From Cyanophora paradoxa CCMP329 (Eukaryota > Plantae > Glaucophyta), in assembly GCA_004431415.1 (NCBI GenBank), contig QPMI01000111.1, forward strand, positions 1-64,000: a stretch of 64,000 bases of DNA, read 5' to 3'. Each line of letters opens with the position of its first letter. The stretch's first letter is position 1. Of the stretch, positions 47,774 to 59,500 are shown one piece after another. The position numbers were made by a program, and so were the translations under genes. Below the pieces are notes generated by a model. The model was not told the DNA's origin, did not search any database, and was given only the letters and a program-made list of their open reading frames with translations.

Positions 47774-48446
47774 AGTCGAGGGGCCGTCTCCTTTGTCTGC
47801 TCTCGATCCCCCGCCCTCACTGAGTCAGCCGCTTCCGAAGTTCTCGGCTATTTGCTTCTTTTTGTCCCCGACTCATTGCTGTATCTTTCTAGATCTGACT
47901 CATGATCAGTCACACTTGACATTGATATCGCTCGCACAGCATGACAACCTGCAGCCTCGAGCTCACTGCTCAAGGCCTGCAGCTGATCATGAGACTAAAT
48001 TAAAACGTTAACGCTTCTTAAGCTTAAATTCCGATCTTCGGAAGCCTGAAGCCTTGAATTCGAAGTTCGAATTTTCAAGTTTGCAAAATTGAAATTTTCT
48101 AAAGGCGACTCGGCGAAGCTTGCCAAGTTGCAATAGCCAGTTGCACTGCGGCAGCTTCGATTTCGAAGTCCGATCCGATGATCGCGATGGTCAGCTTGCC
48201 GCAGTGCCAGAGCCGCTGAGCCTCGGAGTCACTGATTTGTCGGACAGCTGCAGCCTGGCAGGGCCCAGCCGCTGAACATGCCATGATGATCATGATGAGC
48301 CTAAGCTTGAAGGGTAGACTCTGAGCCTCGGAGAGCCATATTGAGTCAAGGTCTTGCCAAGTTGAACTTTGTGAAGCCTTGAAGGCTTGAAGCCCGGCCT
48401 TGCCAAGTTGACGGGCCCGATCACTGAGTCGACCGTCGGACATGTA

Positions 48447-49185
48447 CAAGCGAGTCCCTGCGGAGCAGGAGTGGCCTTGGGTCTTGGGGCTTCAAGGCGT
48501 GAGGCTAGGGTGGCAGCTCTGTATTTTTAAACGGGGGCCCGCAACGTTAACCGCGCGCGGTTACGGGGGAGGGGGGAGGAGAAACAGGGGGGTCCACTCG
48601 GCAAGGGTACACACTCAAGTGTGAGGGTACAGAATTGTGCCGCAAGGGTACAGAAGTCGATGCGGGGTCCAATCGGCCGCAGTTGTACCCAGTACAGGCC
48701 CCGAGGGGCCCATTGGTCGTTTCAGCTGAATAAAAACGACTTTTCGACGCGTTTTGGAGGTGGTTGATAATAATCTATGAATCATTTGAATGTAATTCGC
48801 AGTAATAAGGCTCCGTCTAAATTGTTTATTTCAATTATCTTTCAATCAACGCATCAAATACTTTTAATTCCCACATCGTGGCACACTGCGACCCTGTCTC
48901 ATACAAATTTGCTGGCCGGCAACGTGGCGCTCCGTTAATTTGGAAATTATTTCCTAGCGAATGGAGTGCGGTCTCTTGAAATTAATAATTTTCATATTTC
49001 GACTCGGACGACCAATGTGATTTGCGCTTTCTATTTTTTTCCGGGAAAATGCTTTTCTGTGCTTTTCGAGGTGCTGTTACTGCCCATTAGAGACCTCATA
49101 GGAAAACGGGCCCGGCCATCGCGTTCCCCAGGGTCGAAAATGGGGTAGTAGGTATGTTCATTTATGCGAATTTTGCTTTTTGAAA
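48447..49185 (-). mobile_element. Non-autonomous Helitron-like unit A (739 bp)
   Basis: Highly similar to 51204-51929. Minus strand starts TTTC and ends with hairpin CCTGC-TCC-GCAGG followed by CTTG|T. No TSD. Joined head-to-tail to the next unit. Confidence 0.6.
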
Positions 49186-49463
49186 CAAGCGAGTCCCTGC
49201 GGAGCAGGAGTGGCCTTCGGTCTTGTGGTTTCAAGGCGTGAGGGTGGCCGCTCTTTGTTTTAAAACGGGGGACCGCATGCGCATGCGCAACCGCGCGCGG
49301 TTACCGGGGGGAGGGGGAAGAGAAGTAGGGGGGCCACTTGGCAAGGGTACGCACTCAAGTGAGAGGGTACAGACTTGTGCCAAGGGTACATGATGCGGGC
49401 CGGGCCCGTACCGAGAATCGGCGCCGCCGGCGCCGCGCGCGCGTGATCACAGCCTGTCACAGT

Positions 49464-50154
49464 CAGTGATGGGATTACAGATTAGACCAAAATCCGCACT
49501 TTTATTATAATATTACACTAACGTTATATAATATTATAATAACGATTAGCGTATTATAAATAACGCTCCATAGAGAGGGCACCCCCGCACCTCACAGTAC
49601 AGCTCGAAAACGTTAGAAAAGGGATAAGAACATCGCCTAAGCTATTATACTGTGGATTTCAGAATGCAGACATCTAAATTCCCGTGGTTTCACCAGAGGG
49701 AGGCGCCGTACCCACTGTACCCCCCTGGCTGGACGGGCGGGCGGGCGACCTGCCGGAACGCCAAAGATGCTGTACGACTCTTATAGCTTGCTGCGCATCG
49801 TTTCTTTATGACGTAGGCGTTGCTAAGCATGAATTACGCAGCGTTTAGAGTGTTTGTAGCCTGTATCCCCCCCGGTTATTTTATTGTTATCGATAACTGC
49901 CGCCCTGGGACTATTACAGTATTTGTTCCGTGTTCGAATCGCCCTGCGATGAGAATCACGCCTTCAAATCCCGCCCGTTCCACATAATTCCGATCGATCA
50001 TGCCCCACCTTGCCTGTACACGCCCCCACAGTGCTGGAGTAGACTAGAGGCTGTGGCCGGTAAAAAAAAAAAAAAAAAATATTACAGTAATGTTTATTAT
50101 AATAATAATATAAATGAGTATTATTTTGTATTATAAATTAGAGACTCATCACTG
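49464..50154. mobile_element. hAT-type non-autonomous element (MITE), 691 bp
   Basis: TIR CAGTGATG(G/A)G. Perfect 8-bp TSD GTCACAGT at 49456-49463 and 50155-50162. AT-rich subtermini. Confidence 0.85.
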
Positions 50155-50309
50155 GTCACAGTGTGTGATCGATGCGGCGGCGGCGGCGCTTCGATCGCGG
50201 GGCCGACGCGGGCCCCCGGATTAATATATTCGCGGCGGCGGCGGCGCTTCTCGGAGGTTTTTGACTTTTAGCCGCCAATCGTTGAACGTCGACGTTACGT
50301 GGTCGCGTG

Positions 50310-50829
50310 CAGTGTTCGGTAAAGTTTACTCCCCCAAAATTGCCCTGAAAACTTTCTGCAAGCTTTGGAAAAGATTGTGCAAATATTTGCACCATAGAAA
50401 ACATTCCAAGCACCGCAAAAACACTGTATTCCTTGGCAAATAAGCGTCTGAACGAGAGATATAAGCTTTATAATGATACCTGTGAGTTTAGATTCAAAGT
50501 TTGCATGCGCACGCGTTTAGTCTTGTTTTGGCCTTCTTTTCATGATCAGGGTCGCCGAGAGGGGGGTACCCATCTGAAGGAGGCGACCTTCGCCCTCCTG
50601 ACACCCTTGTAACTCTATCAACTCTAGAATCATGTCAGAACCGAAGGGAATACCGCAAGTAGCCGGTAGATCTTGCTCGTAACAGGCGGTAGGGTGGGGT
50701 GGGGAGGGGGGGTCAAGTGCAAATTAACTGAAAGTTTTCTAGGGTTGTAGGAGGAGGTGAAAATTAACTGAAAGTTTTCAAGTAAACTTTCAAGAGAAAG
50801 TTTACCCAGCGCAAACTTTCGGAACACTG
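50310..50829. mobile_element. hAT-type non-autonomous element (MITE), 520 bp
   Basis: TIR CAGTGTTCGGTAAAGTTT / CAGTGTTCCGAAAGTTT. Perfect 8-bp TSD GTCGCGTG at 50302-50309 and 50830-50837. Confidence 0.9.
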
Positions 50830-51203
50830 GTCGCGTGCGAGGCATATGGAACTTTGCTAGTACTCGAAGGTCGAGATTCGAAGCCAGCGCAGCGTCCGAT
50901 CGAGCTCGGACTCTAGCCTCGGCCCTCGGAGACTCAGCCTCGGAGGTAGTTTTAAGCGCCTAGTGACTCCAGAGGCTCTTTGCAATTTCCATCGGCGAAG
51001 GGGAAGCAAGCTGGAACCAATGACAATCGCGCTTGTCCGTGAATGGGTGAATTGACTTTTTGTGCCAATGGCGATCGGGCTTGACGCGAACAATTTCGTT
51101 CGTACGTGCTGTTAGTGCATGTTAGAGGTGTCACATTTGAAAAGTAGCGCCGCCATCGTGCTCCCTAGGGTCGAAAGTGGGTACCTAGGTCCAAAAATTT
51201 TGA

Positions 51204-51929
51204 CAAGCGAGTCCCTGCGGAGCAGGAGTGGCCTTGGGTCTTGGGGCGTCAATGCGTGATGGTGGCAGGTCTTTGTTTTTAAACGGGGGCCCACAACCGC
51301 GCGCGGTTACGGGTGAGGCTATGGGGGAGGAGAAATAGGGGGGTCCACTCGGCAAGTGAGAGGGTACAGAATTGTGCTGCAAGGGTACAGATATCGATGC
51401 GGGGCCCAATCGGCCGCAGTTGTACCGCGGCCGAGCACAGGCCCCGAGGGGCCCATTGGTCGTTTCAGCTGAATGAAAACGACTTTCGGCGCTTTTTGGA
51501 GGTGGTTAATAATAAGCTATGAATCATTTGAATGTAATTCGCAGTAATAAGGCTCTGTCTAAATTGTTAATTCTAATTATCTTTCAATCAACGCATCAAA
51601 TACTTTTAAATCCCACATCGTGGCACACTACGACCCTGTCTCATACAAATTTGCTGGCCGGCAACGTGGCACTCCGTTAATTTGGAAACTATTTCCTAGC
51701 GAATGGGGTGCGGTCTCTTGAAATTAAAAATTTTCAAAATTCGACTCGGACGACCAATGTCATTTGCGCTTTCTCTTTTTTTCCGGGAAAATGCTTTTCT
51801 GTGCTTTTCGAGGTGCTGTTACTCCCCATTAGAGACCTCTCATAGGAAAACGGGCCCGGCCATCGTGTTCCCCAGGGTCGAAAACGGGGTAGTAGGTCTG
51901 TTCATTTATGCGAATTTCGCTTTTTGAAA
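51204..51929 (-). mobile_element. Helitron-like unit C (726 bp)
   Basis: Full-length paralogue of unit A. A|TTTC 5' junction; hairpin plus CTTG 3' end abuts the TC start of unit B. Confidence 0.6.
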
Positions 51930-51946
51930 TCCGTCACATCAAACCA

Positions 51947-52104
51947 ACAGACCTAAGGGCCTCTCCTTTCCCCAAGGCCGATCCCGGACAGGACAGGCAC
52001 AGACCTAAGGGCCTCTCCTTTCCCCAAGGCCGACCTGAATCGCATTTTGAATCCACTGACAAGACAGGCACAGACCTAAGGGCCTCTCCTTTCCCCAAGG
52101 CCGA
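51947..52104. repeat. Three identical 35-bp direct repeats
   Basis: ACAGACCTAAGGGCCTCTCCTTTCCCCAAGGCCGA at 51947, 51999 and 52070. Confidence 0.9.
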
Positions 52105-52108
52105 CTAA

Positions 52109-52159
52109 ACTAAACATGACGCATTCAATCTCTAGATGATATGAGATACACATACGCAC
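52109..52159. repeat. About 52-bp repeat also at 53327-53378 (probable shared element terminus)
   Basis: ACTAAAC(A/T)TGACGCATTCAATCTCTAGA...TATGAGATACACATACGCAC in both places, each preceded by TTCCCCAA. Confidence 0.85.
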
Positions 52160-53503
52160 TAAATAAAGGGCCACTGACTTGCCGCGCGCGTCAGTTGGGT
52201 CCGGGGAAGGGCATTTAACCTCGAGCTCGGCCGCGGGCGAGCCGCCGGGCCGGCTCGAGCTCCGAGCTCGAGGCTGGCCATGCCAGGCGAGCTGTCCACG
52301 CGATCGATCGCGAGGCGAGCTGTCCTGTAGAGGTAGGCCCCGGGCCCGGGCCAGAGCTATGTAGGGCGCGCGCGGGCCCCGGGCCAGGGGCGGGGGAGGG
52401 AACCTTGTCTGGACGTGCTCGAGCTCCTGCAGCTGCCAGGCTGCGCATGCCCCGCGCCCGTCGCGCGGGTGCACGTGGGGCGTGGCGGGTGCACGAGTGC
52501 GCATGTGCTGCGGGTGCGTCACTGCTAGCGCTCACGCTCCGCTCAGCAAGCGGCCGGAGGGTCCTTATAGCTTACGCCGTGCCGGCTCTGCGTCGCGCGG
52601 GCGTCGGCTTGTTGCAATTGCAAGTGGCATAGCCGGCCGCCGCCAATTGCAAGTGCGGCCGGCTTGTGCAATTGCGTCGGGGCGTGCGCGGTTGGCGCGG
52701 GTGAAGCGCCTCGATCGCCTCGTTGGCGCACGAGAGGCGTGACAGTTGAAGCCGCGGCCGCGGCCGGCGCGCGCGCGCCGAGCTGAAGAGGAAGCGCTGC
52801 AGCTGGCCATGGGCGCGCGGGAGGGAGGGAGGGGGGAAGCGTGCGTGAGCCACAGCAAACTGCCGCGCGCGCGAGAGGCGTAACCATTGTTGAGCCGAGC
52901 CGAGCTGCGGCGCCCGGGGGAGAAAGCGGCCGGGGGTACTCGAAGAGGTTTTTGCAGGGTAAGTTCGCACTCTCCAATGTGATTGGCTAGCGCGCGCGGC
53001 GTCCTCCCACGCGACCGCGTTCGCGCCCGGCCTCGCTCTCGCAGTACGGAATGTCGAACATGATGCGCGCAACGACCTCGAACTGGTCTGGTCTGTATAT
53101 CTGCTCCCTGTGCGTCGCTGGACCCATTTTTGTCCCGGGTGTTGGTGCCTGTTCCTGGATCACCCTTTGGTCGGACGGGACCGGGAGACACGGTTTCGGG
53201 GTCCCCTGGGGATGCGCTTTCAGGGTGTACCGCGCGGCCCCGGTTTTGCGGAGGTCGGGGAAATGGGATTTGGGGTAGGGTTGGGCCCAAGGGACAGGGA
53301 CAGGGGAAGTGTTTTACCCTTCCCCAACTAAACTTGACGCATTCAATCTCTAGAAGACTATGAGATACACATACGCACGCAGCGGGCGGAACCATATGCA
53401 TGAGACGCGGGCAGGGCTGCACTAGTGCTGTACACAAGAGGCCGGGCGTACGCGTGGGGCCCTCTTCTAAGTTAAAATTCGTGGTAGAAGTGTCCGCTGG
53501 GGA

Positions 53504-56500
53504 TCATTGCCACCGCCGGCCCCGTCCCCGACCCCTTCCCCTCCCCCGCCACCTCCTCCGCCTTCCCGCCGACGGGCGCGGAGGGCGGCGCGGCGTTGGG
53601 GGCGGGGGCGATGCGCGGGGCGGGGCGTCGGCGGAGGGCCGCGGCGAGGCGGCGGAGAGGCCGGGGCGGCCTCGGGGAGGGCCCCCGGACGTTGAGGAGG
53701 CCGGGGCGGAGGTGAGGAGGGGCGGGGAGTCGGGGCGGAGGGCGGCGAGGCGGGCGGCGGCGCGGCGGGCGGCGTGCGTGGCGCCGACGGCCTCGTAGAG
53801 GCGAGGGCGCGGTTGAGGGCTCCGGGGCGGCCCGCAGGCGCCCGAGCACCTCGAGGGCGGCGGCGCGGTCGAGGCGGCGGCCGTCGGCGAGCTCCTCGGC
53901 CCGCGCCGCGAGGGCGAGGGCGGCGCGGCGGCGGCCCTCGAGGCGGCCCAGCGCGCCGCGCACGCGAGGTAGGCGCTGCGTCCCGCGGGGCACTTGCGGA
54001 GCTGCTTGCGGAGGACGGCGAGCAGGCGCTCGCACGCCGCCGGCGCGCTGAACGCCCGCGCCCGCGCCCGCTCCGTCGGCAGCGGCCCTCGAAGGCCAGC
54101 AGGCGGTCGCACGCCGCGGGGCGCCCGGGGCGGCGAGGGCGAGGTAGGGGTCGGCGCCGGCGGGCCCGGGGGTCTCGGAGCGGGTAGGTGGCGGGACAGG
54201 CGGCCTCGGCCATCTCAAGGGCGAGCTCGAGGAGGCGCGGCAGGCAGAGCGTCGCCACCACGTACGTCGGCAGGTGCCGCTCCGCCGCCCCCGCCGCACG
54301 CGCGATCGCCGCCTGCGCCCGCGCCACCTCCCCGCGCCGCGCCGCCGCCACCGCGTTCGCCAGGCCGGCCATGTACGCTGCGGCCGCCTCAGGGCGGCCG
54401 CGAGCGGGCAAGGCGGGCGGGCGTGCGGGAGGCACCGATGGCGGCATGGTGCTCTCGCCGCCCTCGGCGGAGCGGGCGCGCTCGTGGACCTTCCACCCCG
54501 CCACCCCCGCCGCCGCCTCGTACCGGCCCCGCTCCGCGTACAGCACCGCCTGCGCCCCGCCCGCCGTGTCGGCCCCGGCGCGGCGGGGGCGGGGGCCGGG
54601 GCGGGGGGCGGACGAGGATGCCCTGGGTGACGGAGAGCATGAGCTCGTCGCCGCGCTCGCGGGCGGAGCGCGCCGCGCGCTCGGCCGCCTCCGCCGCCTC
54701 CTCCCAGTCCGACTCCTCCGCCGCGTACGTCCACCGCAGCAGCCTGCCCGCCGCCTCACCCCCGGCCCCGACCCCGCGGCGCGCGTGGCGGGCGCCGCAC
54801 CCCGCGAATGAGGTCTGCACCTCCCACCACTTGGTCTGCACGGAGACGCGGCTCGCCTGGGCGCCGCTGCGGGGCGGGGTGACGGGGGGCGGGGCTGGGC
54901 GCGGGGGGCGGGGCGCACCGGAGGAAGATGTCGATGGCCTCGCGGCCGCGGCCCTGCGGGGCGGGTGAGGGGCGCCGGGGGCGCGCGGGGGGCGGGGCGG
55001 GCGCCTGGCAGCCGAGGACGTTGCCGTACATGGCGCAGGAGAAGGAGAGTGCGAGGGGGCTCTCGAACTCGTCGGCGATGGCGATGGCGCGGCGGCAGTA
55101 GGCGTCGGCGGCGGCGGCGTCGCCCACGCCCTGGAAGACGAAGCCCATGGTGGCGTACAGGCGCGGCTGCACGACGAAGGTCGCGGGGAGGGACTCGGCG
55201 GCGCGGGTGCCGGCGAGGACGGCGTAGAGCTGGTGCATGCGGTGCGTCATGAGGATGGTGAAGCCGCGGGCGCGGCGCTCCTGGATGGTCGCCTCCTCGA
55301 GGTCGTACTCCTCCCGCTCCGTCAGCGCCGCCGGCTCCTCGGGCTCCTCGGGGTACTCCACCGCCTCCTCCCCGGGGGCGCCCCCGCAGCACAGGTACCG
55401 CCGCCACCGCCCCGCGCGGGCCCGCGGGGCGGGGGTCGGGGAGAGGGAGCGGGCGGAGCGGGGCCCGAGGGCGGAGTGGGCGGTGGAGGCGGCCGAGGCG
55501 AGGCTCGCGACGGAGCTGCGCCGCCCCTGCGACGCCCCGCTCGCCGCCGACGGGATCCCTGCGCCCGCCGTCGACCCCGCCCCGCGCCCGCGCCCCGCGC
55601 CGGGGGGCACCTGTGACGGAGCGGAGGGAGGCGCCGGGGACGGGCTCCGCGCCATCGACGGCCGCCGCGACGCCGACGGCGTGGCGGCGCCGAGGCCGGG
55701 GGGCCCCGCCCCCCGGGGCGGCCGGCCCGCGGCCGAGACGGAAGCGGATCTTGGCGGCGAGGAGCATGGGGACTGCCTGCAGGGGGCTCAGGGGGCGCGC
55801 GGGGCGGGCGGGGCGGGGCGGGCCTTGAGGGCGGCGCGGGCCGGGGAGGCGGGCGGGGCGGGCGAGGGTCTCGAGGGCCTCCTGGAAGGCGGCCTCCGCC
55901 TCGTCGAAGATCGACAGCTCCGCCTTCGCCGTCCCCAGCTTCCGCAGCCACTGCGCCCGCCGCAGCGCCGCCACCGCCCCGGCGCGCGCGCCGAGCGGCC
56001 CCGCCGGCCCCGCGGCCTCGTCGGCGATGGCGAGGAGGCGGCGGTGGATGCGGATGGCCTCGCCGTTCGCGTAGTTCTCGAGCGCGTACTCCCCCGCCTT
56101 CTCGAGGAACTCGACGGCCTTGTCGAGCAGGTCGGCCGCCAGGTAGTGGTGCGCCAGCAGCGGGTAGAAGTCGGCCGCCGCCGCGTCCGTGACGCGCTCG
56201 GCGTAGCGGGCGACGGCGGCGTGGAGGAGGCGGCGGGCCGAGGTGGAGAGGAGCGAGTAGGCGACGTCGGCCATGAGCGCCGACTTGAAGCCGAAGCAGC
56301 GGCCGGAGCCGACGCAGCGGGCGGCCTCGGGCCCGTCGGGGGGCAGCTCGGCGAGGATGCCCCCCTCGACGAGCCGCGCCACGCTCTCCTCGATCGCCGC
56401 CGCCGTCGACGCCCGCCGCGACCGCTGCGACGCCCCCCGCGACCGCTCCTTCTCCGACCCGCTCCCGCCCCCGCCCCCGCTCGCCGCCGGGGGCAGGGCG

Positions 56501-59500
56501 AGCCAGTCGCGCTGCTCGGCGGCGGCGGCGAGGGCGGAGAGGCGGAAGACGACGCCGATGACGGCCGCGATCTTGACGAGCAGCGCCAGCGGCGGCGGCA
56601 GCCGGTCGATCCGCCCCGTCAGCGCCGAGCGGAGGGAGGAGGGGGCGCCGAAGCTCGCGAGGGGCTGCTTGATGACGCAGCGGCCCTCCTCGATGGCGAG
56701 CACGTCCCTGCCGGGGGTCAGGCGCCCCGCGCCGGGGGCGGGGGCGGGGCGGGGGCCGCACGGCTCCCGCGCGATGGTGTGGACGAGCTCCTGGACGAAC
56801 TGCGGCAGGCCGCCGGTCTTGCCGACTGCGGGGGGTGAGCGGGGGCGGGGGCGGGGGCGCGGGGGCGCGGGGCAAGCGCACAGACGTAGTCGGAGAAGAC
56901 GGGGGGGATGCCGTCGGGGGTGCACCCGAGGGTGTGGGCGACGAGCAGGTGCGTCTCAGGCGGCGAGAGGAAGCCGAGGGTCACGAGCTGCGCCCCGGGG
57001 AGGGCCTTTAGCGCCTCCCAGGGGGCCTCCCCCTGCTCCTCCCCCGCCCCCGCCGGGGCCGGGCGGGCGGTGTAGACGAGGGCGAGGCCCGGCGTCCCCT
57101 CCGCGGCCGCCGCCGCCAGCGCCTCGAGCACCGCCCAGCTCGACGCGTCGCACGAGTGGGCGTCTGCGCCCCGGCCCCCGCCGTCACCGGCCCCGCCGCG
57201 CGGCGCGGCCAAGGCGGGCGGGCGGACCCTCGACGAGGACGAGGACGGAGCGGGAGCGGCAGAGGCGGCGCAGCAGCGTCGTCACCGCGAACTGCAGCGC
57301 CCGCGCCCGCTCCTCCGACGCGAACTGCACGGCCGCCGAGGCGCGCCGGGGCCGGAGCTGGCCGCCCCGCGGGCTGCACCGCCCCTCGCGCTCCTCAAGG
57401 AAGGTCGCCTGCAGCAGGTGCAGCTTCGGCAGGTCCGCCGCCTCGAAGCACGCGCGCAGCGCCGCCCACCCCTCCCGCCCCTCCCCCGCCGCCCCCGCGA
57501 GCACCGAGCCCCGCCGGGGGCCCCCGGGGGCGAGGGAGGCGTGGCGGGCGGGGGCCTTGGGCCCGATGGAGGAGACGCGGCGGCCGCCGGCGGTGACGAA
57601 GACGATGCCCTTGGAGCCGGCGCGCCCCCGGCGGCCGACGCGCCGCTCACCGTGGCGCCCCGCACCGCCCGCTTCTCCAGCGACGACGCCCGCGCCCCCG
57701 CAGCGCCCGCCTCCGGCCCCGTCTCGAACTCCTCCACCCGCAGCTGCTCGGCCCCCGCCCCCGCCCCGCCCCGGGCGCGCCCCGGGCGACCCTCGGGGGC
57801 CGCGGCCGGGGCGGCGGGCGGCGGGGGCGGGCGCCGGCTCGGGCCCGCAGGCGGCGACGGCGTCGCAGAGGGCGCGGACGATCTGCGGGGGCGTCGGGGC
57901 GGGATGGGCGGGGCGGGGCGGGGGGGCGGACGGGGCGCAGGCGGAGTAGAGCATGGCGCGCTGGTGGGGGAAGCACTCGGAGAAGAGGACGACGTCGACG
58001 CGGGCCTCCCGCGCCCGCTCCAGCGCGAAGTCCGCCACCATGCTCTTCCCGCACCCCGCCTCCGCCTCCACCAGCAGCGCCGCCGCCCGCGCCGTCTCGC
58101 GCCGCGCCGCGTGCCGCACCATCTCGTCCACCACCGCGCACTCCGAGTCCCGCCCCACGATCGCCCGCTCCGCCGGCGCCGCCACCGCCGCCACTGCCGT
58201 CGGCTTCGCTGCCACCGCGACCCGCCGCCGCCCCCGCCGCCGCCGCGGTGCCGGCCGGCGACAGCGTAGATGTCGGCCACGGAGCCGCGCATCTGAGCGG
58301 GGCGGGGTGGGCGGGCGGGAAACGCGGGGCGGGCGGGGCGGCACGGTGGAGGCCATGCTGTAGACGGAGCCGTACCGCGACGACATCGTCTCCTCCGCCT
58401 CCTGCCCCGCCCCTCAGCCCCGCCTCGACCCCGCCCGCCGGGCGCGCGCACGTGGGAGGGGCTCGGGGCGTGCGGGGCGGGGCCGTCGCCGAGGCCGCCG
58501 ACCGGGCCGCGGGCGACGACGAGGCCGGTGCCGGCGCTGTTGGCGCGGCCGCGCAGGACGCGGCTGCCGGGTCGGAGTGGGCGCTGGGCGAGGCCTCCCC
58601 CTCGAGCTCGGGCTCGGCGGCGAAGCTGACCGAGCCGCGGTGCTCGGCCCCGCCCTCCCCGTCGAGCCCCGCGAGCGACTTGCGGCGGCCGTGGGCGGGG
58701 TGGACGAGGGCGGGCGGGGCGTGGGGGCCGGGGAGGGGCCCGGAGGCGGGGGCGCGGGCGAGAGTGACGGGGGCGCGGGGCCGGAGGGAGCGGGCGCGGA
58801 CGCCGCGGACGGCGAAGACGGGGACGGGGGCGGCCATGCCCTTGAGGGGCAGCTCGCCGGCGAAGGCGTCCTCGATGAGCGCCCCCGCCGCCCCGTGCGT
58901 CTCCCCGTCGATGAGGATGCGCGCAGCGAAGTCCACCCCCTCGAACTCCCGCCCGCTCCCCGCCAGCGCCATCAGCCGCGCCGCGCGGTTGACGGCCGAG
59001 GAGAAGAGGTCGAACTGCTGGAGCACTGCGGCGCTGCCGACGAGGCCGCAGAAGACGTCCCCCGTCGCCACCCCGATCGCCACACCCAGGCCCTCCCCCC
59101 GCAGCTCCCCGAACACCGAGATCGCTGCCGGGCGTCACCCCGCGCCGCGCCGCGCCGCGGGGCGCCGCGCACCGGTGAGGACGGCGTTCGTCGCGTCGTT
59201 CTCGTTGGCGGTGAGGCCGTGCGTGATGATGCACACGACGCCCTTGTCTGAGCCCCGCCGCGTCGGCCGCGGGGCGGGGCGGGGCGGGGCGGGGGCGGGG
59301 GGGCGGGCACCGTCGCAGGAGAGCTTGAGGAGGTGGCCGCCCTGGGCCTCGCAGCAGCGCACGAGGCTGGCCACCGTCCCCTGCAACAGCGCCGGCGCAT
59401 CCAGGTCCGCACCCGTCAGGCTCACGAAGACCCTGCCGCGCGTCACCCCCCGCCCCGCTGCGCCCCGCGGGGGGCGGGGCGCACGTGGAGATGCGGCGGA

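Larger units (their letters stand above)
49186..51203 (-). mobile_element. Helitron-like unit B (about 790 bp after removing two nested hAT insertions)
   Basis: Its 3' about 230 bp matches units A and C, including hairpin plus CTTG. Its 5' end starts TC and shares TTTCGACCCTRGGGARCRCGATGGC with A and C. The interior has diverged. Confidence 0.55.

Noticed and set aside
51947-52104. Three 35-bp direct repeats resembling a mini CRISPR array
   Set aside because: Spacers are unequal (17 and 36 nt) and partly similar to each other, there are no cas genes, and the context is a eukaryotic TE nest.
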